DNA from: Lama glama
Taxonomy: Eukaryota
NCBI GenBank assembly: GCA_028534125.1
Contig: CM052816.1
Span: 18,044,001 to 18,108,000, forward strand
DNA length: 64,000 nucleotides
Direction of reading: 5' to 3'
Shown piece after piece: positions 48,701 through 62,431 of this stretch (position 1 is its first letter; each line of letters begins with the position of its first letter). The notes beneath the pieces are model-generated. The model did no database searches and was not told the DNA's origin. It saw only the letters and a program-made list of their open reading frames with translations. Made by a program: the position numbers and the translations under genes.

Positions 48701-51700
48701 TGCAAATGGAAATGACAAAGAAAGTAAGGTTAGCAATATTCACACCAGCCAAAATAGACTTTAAAACAAAGGCCATAAAGAAAAACAAAGAAGGGCATTA
48801 TATAATGATAAAAGAATCAATACAAGAAGATTTACAATTGTTAACATATATGCACCCAATATATGAGCACCTAAATATATAAAACAAATAAGAACCTAAA
48901 TATATAAAATAAATACTAACTGATATAAAGGAAGAAATTGATATCAATACATTAATAGTAGGAGACTTGAACACCCCCATGACATCAATGGACGGATAAT
49001 CCAGACAGACTATAAATAAGGCAACAGTGGTCTTAAATGATACATTAAAACAGTTAGACTTAATTGACAGTTACAGGACTCTATATCCAAAAAAAGGAGA
49101 CTACATATTCTTTTCAAGTGCACATGGAATGTTCTCCAGGACAGACACACACTAGGTCACAAAACAAGCCTCAATGAATTTTAGAGGATAGAAGTTGTAT
49201 CAAGCATCTTGTCTGACCACAGCAGTATAAAACTAGAAATCAATCACAGAAAAAAAAAGGAAAAAAACTACAGGAAAGAACAAACACATGGAGAGTAAAC
49301 AATATGCTAGTAAAAAAAAAAAACAAAAAACAATGGATCAATGAAATCAAAGAAAACATCAGAAAATACCTCAAAACAAATGAAAATGAAAACACAACTT
49401 TACAAACTATGGGATGCAGCAAAAGCAATTCAAAGAGGGATGTACACAGTAATACAGGCCCTTCTCAAGAAACAAGAAAAATCTCAATTAAACAAGTTAA
49501 CTTATCACCTAAAAAGAATTAGAAAAAGAACAAAGCCCAAAGTCAGCAGAAGGAAGAAAATAATAAAAATCAGAGAGGAAATAAATAGAAAAGAGATAAA
49601 AAACAAACAAAAAGATTAATAAACCTAAGAACTGGGTTTGGTTTTTTTTTTAAATAAACAAAACTGACAAATCTTGAGCCAAGCTCATCAAGAAGAAAAT
49701 ACAAAGGACCCAAATAAACAAAACAAGAAATGAAAGGAGAGAAATAACAACTGATACCACAGACATACAAAAAAATCATGAGAGGATTCAAAGAACAGTT
49801 ATATGCCAACCAGTTGGGCAACCTAGAAGAAACGGACAAATTTCTAGAAACATACAGCCTCCAAGACTGAGTCACGAAAAAACTGGCAATTTGAAAGACT
49901 AATCACTAGAAGTGAAATAGAATCTCCCTGAAACAAATGTCCATGACCAGATGGCTTCACTGGAGAATTCTACCAAAAATATAAAGAAAAACTTATACTT
50001 ATGCTCCTCAAACTCTTCCAAAAGAATAAAGAGAGGGCACACTCCCAAATTCATTCTGAGTCCTGATATCACCCTGATACTAAAACCAGACAAAGACACT
50101 ACAAAAAAAGAAAATTACAGACTAGTATCTTTCATGAATATAGATGTAAAAACCCTCAATAAAATATTAGCAAACTGAATCCAACAATACTTAAAAAGGA
50201 TTAAACACCATGATCAAGTTGGATGCATACCAAGGTCTAAAGGATGGTTCCACATACACAAATCAATTAATGCAATACACCACATTAACAAAAGGAAAGA
50301 CAAAACCCACATGATTATCTCAAAAGACACAGAGAAAGCATTTGACAGAATTAAACACACATTCATGATAAAAACTCTCATAAAAGTGAGTATAAAGGGA
50401 ACATATCTCAACGTAACAAAGGCCATTTACAACAAACTCACAGCCAACATAATACTCAATGGTGAAAAGCTGAAAGCATTCTCCTAAAATACAGGAACAA
50501 GACAAGGATGCCTACTCTTACTGCTTCTATGTAACATACTACTAGAAGTCCTAGCAATAGCAATCAGAAATGAAAAATAACAGGTATCCAAATTGGAAAG
50601 GGATGGGTAAAACTGTTGATATTTGCAGATGACATGATACTCTATACAGAGAACCCTAAACTCTCAAAAAATGAACAAAAACTACTAGAACTAATAAATG
50701 ATTTCAGCAAAGTAGTGGAATATAAGATTAACAGGTGGAAATCTGTTGCATTTCTATACACTAATAATGCAATATAAGAAAGAGAAAGTAAAAAAATCAA
50801 TCCTGCTTAAAATCACATCAAAAGAATAAAATGCTTAGGAATAAACTTAACCAAGGAGTTGAAAGACCTATATGCTGTAAACTATAAAACACTGATGAAG
50901 GATACTGAAGATGATACAAAAAAGTAGAAAGATAGCCTGTGCTCTTGGATTGGAAGAATTAATATTTTTAAAATGGTCATACTATCCAAAACGATTTACA
51001 GAGTTAATGTAATCCCTATCAAAATACCCAGGACATTTTTCACAGAACTAAAACAGATAATCCTAAAATTCATATGGAACCACAAAAGACCCAGAATTGC
51101 CAAAGGAATTATGAGAAAAAAAAAAAAAAAAAAGAAAGCTGGAGTTATATACCTTCCAGACTTCAGACTAAACTACAAAGCGGGAGGAATCAAAACAGTG
51201 TGGTACTGTGGTACAAAAACAGACACATAAATCAATGGAAAAGAAAAGAGAACCCAGAAATAAACCCACATTCATATGGTAAATTAATCTATGACAAAGA
51301 AGGCAAGAATATACAAGGGAGAAGAGAGCCTCTTCAACATGTGATGTTGAGAAAGCTGGACAACAACATGTAAAACTCCTAGAAGGGAACACAGACCAAA
51401 CATCATTTGACATAAATCACACCAAGATTTTCTTAGGTCAGTCTCCCAAGGGAAAAGGAATAAAAGCAAAAATAAACAAATGGGACCTTATAAGCTTTTG
51501 CACAGCAAAGGAAACCAACAACAAACCAAAAAGACAGCCTTGGGAATGGGAGAAAATATTTGCATATGAGGGGACTGACAAGGGATTAATATGCAAAATA
51601 TACAAATAGCTCATAAAACTCAGTATCAAAAAAAGGAACAACTCAATTAAAATAATGGGCAGAAGACCTAAATAAACATTTTTCAAAAGAAGACATACAG

Positions 51701-52508
51701 ATGGCTAATGAGCACATGAAACAATGTTCAATATCATTAATTATTAGAGACATGCAAATCAAAACCACAATGAGGTAACACCCATACTGGTCAGAATGGC
51801 CATCATTAACTCTACAAATAATAAATGCTAAAGAGGATGTGGAGGAAAGGGAACCCTTCTACATTGTTGATGGGAATATAAATTGGTGCAGGCACTATGA
51901 AAAGCAGTATGAAGTTTCCTTAAAAAAACTAAAAATAGAACTACCATATAACCCAGCAATTCCACTCCTGTGTATGTATCTGGAAAAGAGAAAACTTTTT
52001 AAAAAAGATATATTCATCCCAAAGTTCACAGCAGCACTATTTACAATAGCCAACACATGGAAGAAAGACAATTGCCCATCAACAGACAACTGGCTTAAAA
52101 AGTAATGGTGTGTGTGTGATGGAATATTACTCAACCATAAAAAGAACAAAATACTGCCTTTTGCAGCAACACAGATGGACCTACAGAATATGATGCTTAG
52201 AGAAAGTCAGACAGAGAGACAAATACTATATGCTATCACATATATGTGGACTCTAAATAATAATACAAACTAAACTACATACAAAACAGAAACAGACTCA
52301 CAGACACAGAAAACAAACTTTTGGTTACCAAAGGGAAGAGGGGGAAGAGAGGGAAAAATTAGGAGTATGATATTAACAGATATAAACTACTATACATAAC
52401 ATAGTTAAGCAAGAAGGATTTACTATATAGCACAGGGAATTACACCCAAAATCTTATAATAACCTATAATGGAATATAATCTACAAAAACAGGACAGAAC
52501 AAAATAAT
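45710..52508 (+). mobile_element. Near full-length (~6.8 kb) disabled L1 with TSD
   Basis: 5' end gatcaggatggcagagtagg; ORF1 ATG at 47427 to TAA ~48033 with an internal deletion near 47780; ORF2 ATG at 48512 (MAISTYLSVTTLNINGLN), [10 protein letters not shown] at ~50622-50645; many disruptions. TSD aaagtgcctgagaa (45696-45709) / aaagtgccagagaa (52509-52522) at a TTTTT|AAAG endonuclease site. Confidence 0.95.
46049..46387 (-). repeat. Inverted copy of 61545-61858 inserted in the L1 5' UTR
   Basis: Manual alignment to the reverse complement of 61545-61858: about 85-88% identity plus small indels. Confidence 0.92.
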
Positions 52509-52679
52509 AAAGTGCCAGAGAATAAAGGGAACAGGCTGAGAATATTCACTCAAACCTGACATCAGGTGCATATATGCTTATGAGAAATCACCTTGCTGAG
52601 ACAAACTTGTGAGCTGGGTATGTGTGGAAGTCCTCAAACTAGCAGAATCCTTTTTCTTCTATTCTTTTTCTTTCAAAAA

Positions 52680-53078
52680 CATCTTATTATAAAATTATTT
52701 TGAATACATAGAAAACTACTTATAGTTTTTAATTTTTGGTTAGCCTTTTGTCATGTTTACTTTAAATTTTCCTTTTTTAAAGGAAAATCTGAAATTGATG
52801 TTTATTCTTTCATGCATGTTGTTATATTCTTACTACATTGATATGTGTATCCATACATGGACTGTTTCAGCATTTAAAACTTTACAAATAGAGTTTTAAC
52901 TTTTGGCAACTTTCTTTTTGCACTGGACGTTATATTTTCTAGATATATCCATATTGATGAGTTAAGCTCTGGCATGAATGTTCACTGCAGTATAGTATCC
53001 CTGTGCACAAATATATAATTTATTGGTCCAATTGGCTTTTGAAAATATTGAGATTATTTTCAATTTGTTGCCATTATC
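52680..53078 (-). mobile_element. Old L1 (L1ME/MC) 3' fragment
   Basis: tatattttctagatatatccatattgat ... ttcactgcagtatagtatccc ... ttattttcaatttgttgccattat. Confidence 0.6.
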
Positions 53079-53081
53079 AAG

Positions 53082-53578
53082 TGTAAAGGTTAATTTTGTA
53101 TCAATTTCACTGGGCCACATCTGGGCCCAGATGTTTGATCAAACATTATTGTGCGTGTTTCTGTGATAGTCTTTTAGGATGGGATTAACATTTAAATCTG
53201 TAAAATGAGTAAAGCAGATTGTCTTCCCTAATGTGAATGGGCCTCATCCAATCCGTTGAAGGCCTAAATAGAACAAAAGTGCTGGCCTGAGTAAGAGAGA
53301 CTTCCTCGCGTCTGGCTGCTTCCGAACCAGGATATTGACTTTTTCCAGCCTTCAGAATGAGACTGATTATCACCTCTTCCTTGGTCTCTAACCTGCCAAT
53401 CTGTGGACTAGGACTACACCAGTGGTTCTCCTGGCTCTCCAGCATGCTGACGATTCCTGCAGATCTCGGGACCTGACAGCCTCCAGAGTCATGTGAGCCA
53501 ATTCCTGACTCTAAGTCTCCTTCTACATATACATGCATCCTACTGGCTCTGTTTCTCTGGGGAACCCTGACTAAAACA
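53082..53578 (+). mobile_element. MLT2 solo LTR
   Basis: TG...CA termini (tgtaaaggttaattttg ... gaaccctgactaaaaca), core gggcctcatccaatccgttgaaggcct; 5-bp TSD tcaag/taaag. Confidence 0.9.
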
Positions 53579-53899
53579 TAAAGCTGGGTCTTTAGTACGC
53601 ATGGCTTCTATGCACCTAGTTCTGAGTTGCTCCTGAGTATAATGAAGAAAAGAATTACCTCTACACGCCCAGGATTCCCTCTTTCATTCAAGTTATCATC
53701 TCAGTGAGCAAGGCAGACCTTCCACTTCGTCTGTGAAACTTCACAAGTCACTCTGATTTCCTGGCTGTGCTGGCCTCTCATCAGCAGCACTGATGCCTCC
53801 GTCGCTCTCCACCCCAGACCTTCTCAGGGAACTGCACTGTTCTGCCCTGGCATTCCCACCATCCCTCTCCTCTCCCCTCTTCCCTTCTTCCACCAGGTG

Positions 53900-54335
53900 T
53901 TTAACTGTAGTGTTCCAGGTACTTCCCTAAGTGTGGGAGATTCAAACGAGAGTTAACATAGCCCCTGTCCTTGAGAAGCTGAGGTCAGGAGTACTGATGG
54001 ACAGTAATGGACAGGACACCAACTGAAAACAAACCTATAAATTAGGCCACGCCTGCAAAGAGAGTCAGGGCAGGTGTAGGCAAAGCCCTGAGGAGAGCAT
54101 CCAGCCAGGCCAGCTATCAGGAAGGAGGGGACAGTCATGGGAGGATTCCTAGAAGAGAAATCCTGCAGCCAGACCTGAAGGATGGGTGGGGATTTCTCGG
54201 TTGCACCAAGGAGGAGGAGACAGACAAAGAAAGAGAAATTCTAGCAGAGAGGATGATTGGTACAAAGCATGTGGCAAGGAGACAGCTGAGCAAGACCAGT
54301 TCACAATGAGCAGGATGAGGATGGAGAGGTTAGCA
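53900..54335 (-). mobile_element. LINE-2 fragment
   Basis: gttccaggtacttccctaagtg ... agacctgaaggatgggtggg ... ttctagcagagagg. Confidence 0.6.
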
Positions 54336-57300
54336 AGGGCCAGGGCCAGCCTGCTTCCTGTGAGGAGAGGCCACCAAAGACTGTAAGCAGGGCTGTGCCA
54401 GGCTCTCCCCCAGCCCTGGACCACAGAGGGTACAACAGTCACATGGCTTATTTAGCATTCATTTATCCAATCACTGTCTAACATTTGTAACAAAACTGAA
54501 ATCAATTGTGTGCTGTGTATGTCTACATGGGTGACATGCATAAACCATAAAAAAAAATGTAGCTAGAAACCACCTGAAGTTTCTCCTATTAGGTTTTCCA
54601 GATTTTTCCCAGCTTTACATGTCTGAAAGTCAGAACAGTAATGAACAGCATGGTTTTTGCTCACAGACTTGATCGTGAGGAGGCACTTGACTGGGGGGCT
54701 GTGACAATCTTCTGTTTAAAAAGGGTCTGACATATAAGCTCCACTATCAGAGACACCAGCTTTCTTATTTTAGAAACACAATTAATTGATTCTGCTCACT
54801 TGATCAGTGTTTTCTTGAACTAGTAAGGAAAAGGAAAGCCATTTGGAGAAGTTGCTATTTTATTTGGTTTCCCTGGCTAGTTCTCCCGGAAAGGAGATTC
54901 CCTTATTTTAATTACACGAAGTTGGGTTTCAGCACTGCTGCCAAGGAACTAAGGGTTTGCCAGGGGCAGCGTCTGTGACTTCAGGATGCTTTGTCACTAC
55001 AATCGAATTAATTTACCGAAAGAGCTTATTTCTGCCTGCTGTTAAAATCACCTACATTATGCCATGCTGAATAACAAATACATTTTCTGGGCTTATTTCC
55101 TTTCTTTTCCCTCAAACAATCTCCTCTAGTTGTTTCTCAAGAGTCGTAAAGTGGGTAAAGTAAACATAAGGTGTTAGTGAGACCTGGCAAAGCAACCTTT
55201 CCCTTTGCAACTGTGTTCCTCTCTGTCCCCTCCCCAACAGTGCTGACTCGCTGATGTGCATGTGCCTGGATCATTCTGTGGGACACCTGCCTCACCCAGC
55301 CCACCAAAGGGCAAAGACCTTTCTTCTTTCTCCCTTCTTCATCTTGACCCAGAGCTCAAAGTGTGAGAAGTGATTTTCAACATGCCACTCTTGCCACTGT
55401 ATGCTGTTCCAAAAAATCTCTCTTGGAAGCTGAGTTTTGCTAGTTAGTTAAATAACAAACCTTTTATGGAACTCTTACTGGGAACCCCATACTAATTACA
55501 GAGAAAAAAACAATGGTTCTGGCTCCCTCCTTGGCTACAGAAGACCGAACCAGGGGAATGTGAAACATATCAAGAGTGAATTCACACAAAGTTAAAAAAA
55601 CACAGTATGTCTTCAGGGCAGAGAATAATGAAGTTGATGAGACCACCCATTTCTGATGACCTATCATGTGCCGCAACAGAGTGATCTGTGAGATGCTTGT
55701 CCCCAGGTGTCAGCTGGGTGGGGTAAAGGGCATGTTTTTCTTGTTGACTGCTACACCCTCGGCATTAGCTCAGCTGTGGGCAGACAGGTGTCCAGAAGTG
55801 CTTGTGGAGAGCAGGAGGAAGGCAAGAGACTGTGCAGGCACCGTCCTGTTCTTTTTATCCTCAAAGTTACCCTTATGCACACTCAGATTTTCAAACTCAG
55901 TTTTACCATAGGGTTCTTTTTGTCCTCTTATTTCTTCTTTTTAACAAAGCAGCAGGTTCAGTGATGAGGCTCTTTGTCTAAAGTCACACATCTAGTATCT
56001 ATCAGCAGTAACATTCAATTCTGAGTGATTCTTTGCCAAAAACTGTACTCTGCTCAGTGTACTAACTGCCTCATAACAGCAAACGCCTGGCCTGGGGTTG
56101 CAGAGGCTGCTCAGCGGGGGTGAATGCCGGCCTGAACCGAGGCTACACTCGGCAAGCACGTGAGGACCCAGTGAGAAGACTGGGGAGGCAAGCAGGGCTG
56201 AGTAGCAGCTGGCCTCGCCCTCCTGGTGCTCCTTGCAGGTGATGATGGCCTGGGGTTAGGAACGACTATTTCAGGGAGGGGAAATGCCTGCACAAAATGA
56301 AGACAGAGATATTCCTTTAACCAATAACTTCATCAGTCCCAGCATCAGAGATGGGGATTTCCCATACAAGCATCTGATGGTTCTGAGCTCAGGCTGCCAA
56401 CACTGACTGATCAGAGCATCCCTTCCCTTGATGTTCAAGGTCAGGTACAGGGCACTGCAAATCAAAGCCATTAAAATTATGAGGATGAATCACAGCACTC
56501 AGTGGGAAGCAAGACTGCCCACCACTTTTTCCTGTTGAATCACTTATCATTTAAAATGGGGAAATTATGTGAAAGTTCTCCTCCAAGCCGCCAGGGGAAA
56601 AAAAATCGCAACAAACACTGTACTTATCTGGCGTTCCTGAGTTCTGCGGATGTTTTATCTTGTCCTTTTGACCACCGTTTTGACTATTAAAAAAATAAGC
56701 CCATTTTATGGCTTTTGTTCTTAAACTTCAAAATGAGTATTTAAAAAAAAAAACCGTCAGCGCTCTTGGTCTTTGGAGAGCTGGAAGACTGGGGAGAGGC
56801 TGCCAGCGTGTTTCGAGAAGCTTGTCTCAGAGTGGATGCTCAGCTAAGGAAGGGCATCTTGGCACAGAGAGATCCCAGTAAGCACTTACAGAGGACAAGA
56901 GAAAGTGGGGAGGCTGCATGTGGCACTGGTCCATGACAAAGCTACCATGTTTGTGATTTTCAATTTTAGCTTTGTGATGCCTCAGGATGAATGACTATTT
57001 CAAAATTAATCACAGAAAATTTTAAGTTTTGAAATAAAAGGCACTTCTTAATACATACGCCTACAACCCACAGAGGGGCTGGGCTGCCCAGCTTGCCCTG
57101 GACCCACAAGCTAATGAACATCAGCCCCACTCAAAAGGAAAGGATCGCAGATACTTTCCTCTGCTGTGATGTGGACCCCCCTGGGATTGATATCAAAATG
57201 CTGTTATCTTTTGATTGCATAATGGGGGCCAGCACCTTAACCTCTAGCAGACACTGGTTTGGGATGGCTGTGCCTTTAAGACCAGCGGAGGTGGAAGCTC

Positions 57301-60300
57301 TCAGAGCAAGGGGGAGACTGAAGGTGGGCTTGGCCTCTCTGGTCTTCTAATCCCCAGAAGTGATTTTTTTTTCCCCAGCTGGCCAAGAATCTGGCATGAA
57401 AGCTTCCTAACAAGTTCTGTTTGCCCTTGAATCTGACTCCAAATTCCAATTTTCACACACTGCTCAGATCAGATGTCTCCTGCAGAGCTGACCTAACGTC
57501 AGAGTCTAGACCCCTCCATCCTCCCTGCCCCAGCTCAGCCTCATTTCACGCTCCCAAGTCTGACATTGGCCCCATTCCCTCACACCTGACCTCAGCTCCC
57601 CAGCTCTGGCTTCTCCTGTCTCAGTCCTGACAGCTGGCTGTGACTGCTTCCAATTGCACTGCAAAGGAACGGAGGCTCCTTCCCACCTGGGTACATCTGA
57701 GTTGCCTCTTAATCAGGCCCAGAGTTCTGGAAGGGGAAACAGGGCAGCCAAGCTGTGCTTCTGGCCTCATCCAGAAATGAGAACAGAGCAGCTGGCCCTG
57801 CTGGGGCCCATAAACCCATAATCCTGTCTAAAAGTAGACCCAGGATACTCTGCTTAGGAGGAGACCCCATACATACTTACTAAAAAATTCAGAATGTGGT
57901 ATCCTACAAGCGTTTTCCTATTTTGCAAAACCCTTAGATTTTTTAATTTTTTAAAGTTGTTTTCTAGTTCCTTTTCGTTTTTCTACTCACCACCACAGTC
58001 TCTCCTAGGGAGGCTGAGGTCTTTGTGGCCCTTTACCAGAAACTGATTTCTCAAATAAGTCAGAGCTTGTGGGCACCCAAGGGTCACTCTTCCCTAAGCA
58101 AGATCACTTTCTGATCCTTGTCCTGGAGCTCTGAATGTGTTTCCTCTTTCCAAAAGCAGAGATATGATCAGATTCACATTTCATAAAATCACTATAGCTT
58201 CAGGGTGCAGGATGGATCAGAAGAAGGCAAGGCTGGAGAATTAGAGATTTCTGAAGAGTCATTTTAAGAGTCCTAATAAGGCCAGTGAAGACACTTTTTG
58301 TCCCTGGACATTTGTGATGACTTAGTTGAACTTAAATAATTTCAGATAAAGGAAGCCATGAGAATATTCAGCCAATTCCCCACCTACCACTCCTTCAGCA
58401 CCCAAGTCTTGAACCTTATTATTATCACACAAAATAGAAATTCATCAGCTACAGCGACGAAATCAAAGAGAGAATGTGCCTGTCCACTAGGGACTGTTTA
58501 TGCCCTTAAGACATGTCCTTTATTGCAAAATGAGTCCCTGGAATCTCAACAAGATTAATACCTCCTTCAGAGTGAAATCAGTCGAGTTAGAGGGAAACAC
58601 TGATTTGAATCCCATCCTCTAAAGGAAGTAGAAATTATTAGTCAATTCCTAAGAGCCTTTGGGCTTATGAGTAATTGAAATCACTTATGCCCACTCACTG
58701 GCATCTTCCCCTGACTTCCTGCAAGGACACCAAAGGGAGATTTACGCTCAACCTCGGAAGCCAAGGGGAGATAAGGTCAAGCAGAGAAAGAAAGTCTTCT
58801 AAAGGAGGCAGGCAGGTTTGAGGCTTCAGTGAGAGTATTATTATTTAACAAGAGCCCCAGAGATATCATAAGACAGCAGGACATAAAGTAGCCCTGAGTC
58901 AGTGGGTGACAGCATTTTCAGTTACAAGTTAAGAGACAGTAGAGTTAGAGGTACCAACACATTTGGCACATAAGACTGGCTGTGTTATTAACAATGAAAG
59001 AGAAGGTTTAAATGACTCTTTGTTGAAACTTTCCAAGATTTGATTTTTATGAAAACCATTAGAGAATATGAGCTGATGGGGAGAGGACAAACATAACCCA
59101 AGCAAAGAGGGATGACTCAACTCATAAATAAGGGAAAAAGACAAATGGATGAAGATGAAGAGAAAACAGCAATCTCTCATCATTGGCTAGAAGGAGTTAA
59201 GAAAAGAGGGAGGAAGGAGAGGAGACACATGGCAGAGTTTTAGTGACCAAAATCCAAGTATGTGACATCTTTCTTAATAGCGGGAAATCTAGTTATGCAG
59301 CCAAGCTTAGAACAGCAGGAGAACCCAGTAGGAAGCAGCAAGACAAGGACAGTACAAAGCAAGTCTCACTCATCCTCTGGCCCACAAAAAATGCAAACAG
59401 GCTTAGTCTTTGTGCCCATTTTATGAATTAGAGTGGCTTCTTCAAACTTAGTACTGAAAATGAGTCTGAGGCTAAGTCTGGATCAACAGTAGAGTACCAT
59501 AATCGATTAGTAATATCTGCCATGGGCCCAGGGCTAGAGAGAGGGCACAACTGATGTGGGAGAAAGGAGTGCCCCTTGTGGCCCAGTCTAACTTACCTGC
59601 ATTCTCTTTATTGGGGTCTAGGGTCAAAGGCCCAGCTAACACTAAAGTGAGTCTGTCTTTTATCTTTGTTCTGTACATTCTCTTGGGGATTCACATGAAG
59701 AGTAATACATTATGGGTAGCTTATGTTCCTGGATTCCATGGTCCTGAAAAAAATCTAATAGAATCTACTTTTGATCTCCCACATTTTATATGTAGATATT
59801 TTTGGAATTTGGGACCTGAAATTTTCCCTTGTAGGGCCAGGTAGGGCTCCCAGAAGTCTCACTGGTTACTTGAGGATTGGGGTGGGGATGCCTCTGTGCA
59901 GGCTTCAGTGAGCAAGAATCATTCCCAGGCTTCTGCCCCCATCACCATCCAGAGAAGTGATGTTCAAGTTTCCTGAACTACATTCCAGGACATCAATTAT
60001 CCTGGACAACACTGGCCCAGGCCAGGAGGGCCTAGGGGGACATAATGACTTGAGATGACATGATGCACCTACACTTAACATTCAAGTGTCATGTGGGGGA
60101 TGCTGACATTATCTATCTGGATCTAATCAGTGCTTTTCCCTCTGACAGCCAGAGATAGATGTTCAGGCATCCATGTGAAAAGCTCCTTGGCATTAAAGTA
60201 GATTGAGTATTGATTTTCATTTATGGATTCAGAGGTCCCCCTCTAGGAGACAGGACAAGGAATCTACGTGGCAGACTCAACAACTTAACTACAGAGTGAC

Positions 60301-60679
60301 CTTTCTCAGAATGACAACTCATGCTACATGGCCTGAGTCTGAGTACAAATAGAACAGCTTCCAACTGCCTTTGGGTCAGAGCTCATTTTATTTTGTTCAT
60401 AAGAACATATAAATCAAGACCTTGCTCAAGTGCTAAGTACTGAACTGGGTCAACAAAACTTTGGTTTTGTTGTAATGTTTGCACTTTGTCATCAAGAAAA
60501 CAAAGATTTTTTTCAAGATAAAATTACAAAGTTGAAAGGCCCACATAATTATTTGTGCCTGTATATAATCTCCTTTCCTATATAACATCTATTCTGAGGG
60601 CAGCACTGTGGAGCTCATTTCTATGTTCCCCATGTGTGCATAGTAGAGATGCTTGATAGAACTGTTAACTTGAAAAGAT

Positions 60680-61225
60680 GAGTTTCAGTGCTGAGTAGTG
60701 GAGAGAGCCCTGTACTTGTGTTTGAATTTGCTTCTTGCTATATTCCTAGCCCTAGAATAAAACCTGGTAGAAGTTCTTACTAGCAATATGAACACTATGG
60801 TTATAAGCAACATTTTAACCTGTCTGAGCTCAGCTTTTGTAAGTAAAATGGGAGTAAGTATGTCTACACTGCTTCACGCCTTTGCTCCATGTAGCTTACT
60901 CCTCTAGGAACATCTTAACTCAATCATTTCAAAACCTTACTTGGGGTCACTTTTTCTTTGAAGCTTCCCTTGCTTGACACCCTGTTGTTCCCTAGTAAGA
61001 AATGACATCTCCCTCCTTTGGGCTCTGCTAAATCCCGTAATCAATTCGATCAAAGCACCTACAAGCCCTTTGTGACGTTTATGTATTCACAAGACTATCC
61101 ACCTCTGCTAGACAGTGATTTTCTAGAGGGAAGGAACTATGTCTTATTCATTCCTGTATGCCCAATGCTGAGAACAGCAGAAACTTAATATATAATTTCT
61201 GAAAGGTTAAAGGAATGAATAACAA
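60680..61225 (+). mobile_element. MIR followed by L2 3' end
   Basis: tttaacctgtctgagctcagcttttgtaagtaaaatggg; ctagacagtgattttctagagggaaggaactatgtcttattcatt. Confidence 0.65.
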
Positions 61226-61544
61226 AGGACTATAATCAGCAAAGTGATGTGATTCATTTGAGGTTTTAAAAAACTCCCCATTATAGGGGAGATGGGCTAG
61301 AGTTCAGAGAGGGTTAGGAAAAAAAGCATCAAGACTCTTTGGGGTTCAGACACTGTCTCCAGAATGCTTCTGTTATCTTCAGAGGTAATCCTGGGTCATA
61401 CAAGCCATTACCATTCCCCAGTACATTATTTGAACGCTGAGTCTGCAGAACCTAAGACACAGAGCACGTGTCCTGACGGGGTCCAGGATGGGGTAGAGAA
61501 TGCTGCAGCATGATGCCCTCTGGAAGGGATCAACCTTGGTGAGG

Positions 61545-61858
61545 GTCCTGGAGTTGTGGGGACAGCACCAGGCGAGACCCTTCATCCACTGCACAGCTCT
61601 TCCAGGGCCCTTTGGAAATTCCTTATGCTCAAGGGTAGGTAAAGATGGACCTGCTTTTCAAAAAGTCAGTCTTTCATTTGGGTCCTGAGAGCCCCCAAAG
61701 CTGAATGAGATGCAGGGGGTTACCAGTGCCCAGTGCTGCCTGGGGAAAAGGGGGACCCAGCTTGTGAGGCAACATCCAGTCCTGTCCTTTGGGGCCCAGT
61801 CACAGAGGCACAGATGTAAGCCCAAGATAATGGAGGGCTTGGGGAAGAGGGTGGTTCT
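61545..61858 (+). repeat. Donor/partner copy of the 46049-46387 inverted duplication
   Basis: Shares e.g. ggcagcactgggcactggtaa, acctacccttgagcataag and atttccaaagggccctggaagagctgtgcag in reverse complement. Confidence 0.92.
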
Positions 61859-61992
61859 TGTTCCAACTATTCTCCCAAAGACCAAATGACTTAGATGCTC
61901 AATTCTAAAGTAAGGACTAACGTGACCTTTCAATAAACTGCACTTAATTAAAGCACCCAAATTGATGAGTTTTGACAGATTTACATACTCCC

Positions 61993-62431
61993 TGCTAAGT
62001 ACTGAACTCTGCCCACCCAGAATTCTTACGTTAAAGCCTTAATCCATCCATGTGACTGTATTTGGAGATGGGGCCTACAACGAGGTAATTAAGGTTAAAT
62101 GAAGTCATAAGGGTGGGAACTTGACACAAGAGGATTGGCATCCTTCTAAGAGGAAGAGACACCAGAGCACTCTCTTTTTTCCTTCTGTCTGTACTCTGGC
62201 CTCTCCACCCCACCCCCGTTCTCTCCTGTCCTCTCTCTGTCACTCTCTCTCCAACATGTGAGTGCACAGTGAGGAGGTGACCATCTAAAAGCCAGAAAGA
62301 GCCCTCACCAGAACCGACCATTTTGGCACCCTGATCTCAGACTTCCAGCCTCCAGAACTCTTAGAAAATAAATTTCTGTTGTTCAAGCCACCTAGTCTAT
62401 GGTTTTTGTTATGGCAGCTTGAGCTAAGACA
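61993..62431 (+). mobile_element. MLT1A-type MaLR solo LTR inserted in an old L1 3' fragment
   Basis: atgtgactgtatttggagatggggcct...gaggtaattaaggttaaatga ... gacttccagcctccagaac ... ttgttatggcagc...taagaca. Confidence 0.88.

Noticed and set aside
23739..52149. Many ORFs with RT/endonuclease-like or Phe/Leu-rich peptides at 23.7-25.7, 32.2-34.1 and 47.5-52.1 kb
   Set aside because: Fragments or antisense frames of disabled L1 ORF1/ORF2, not host genes.
60431..62008. Exact 16-bp direct repeat tgctaagtactgaact at 60431 and 61993
   Set aside because: Roughly 0.5 such matches are expected by chance in 64 kb; the second copy is the start of an MLT1 LTR and no element lies between them.
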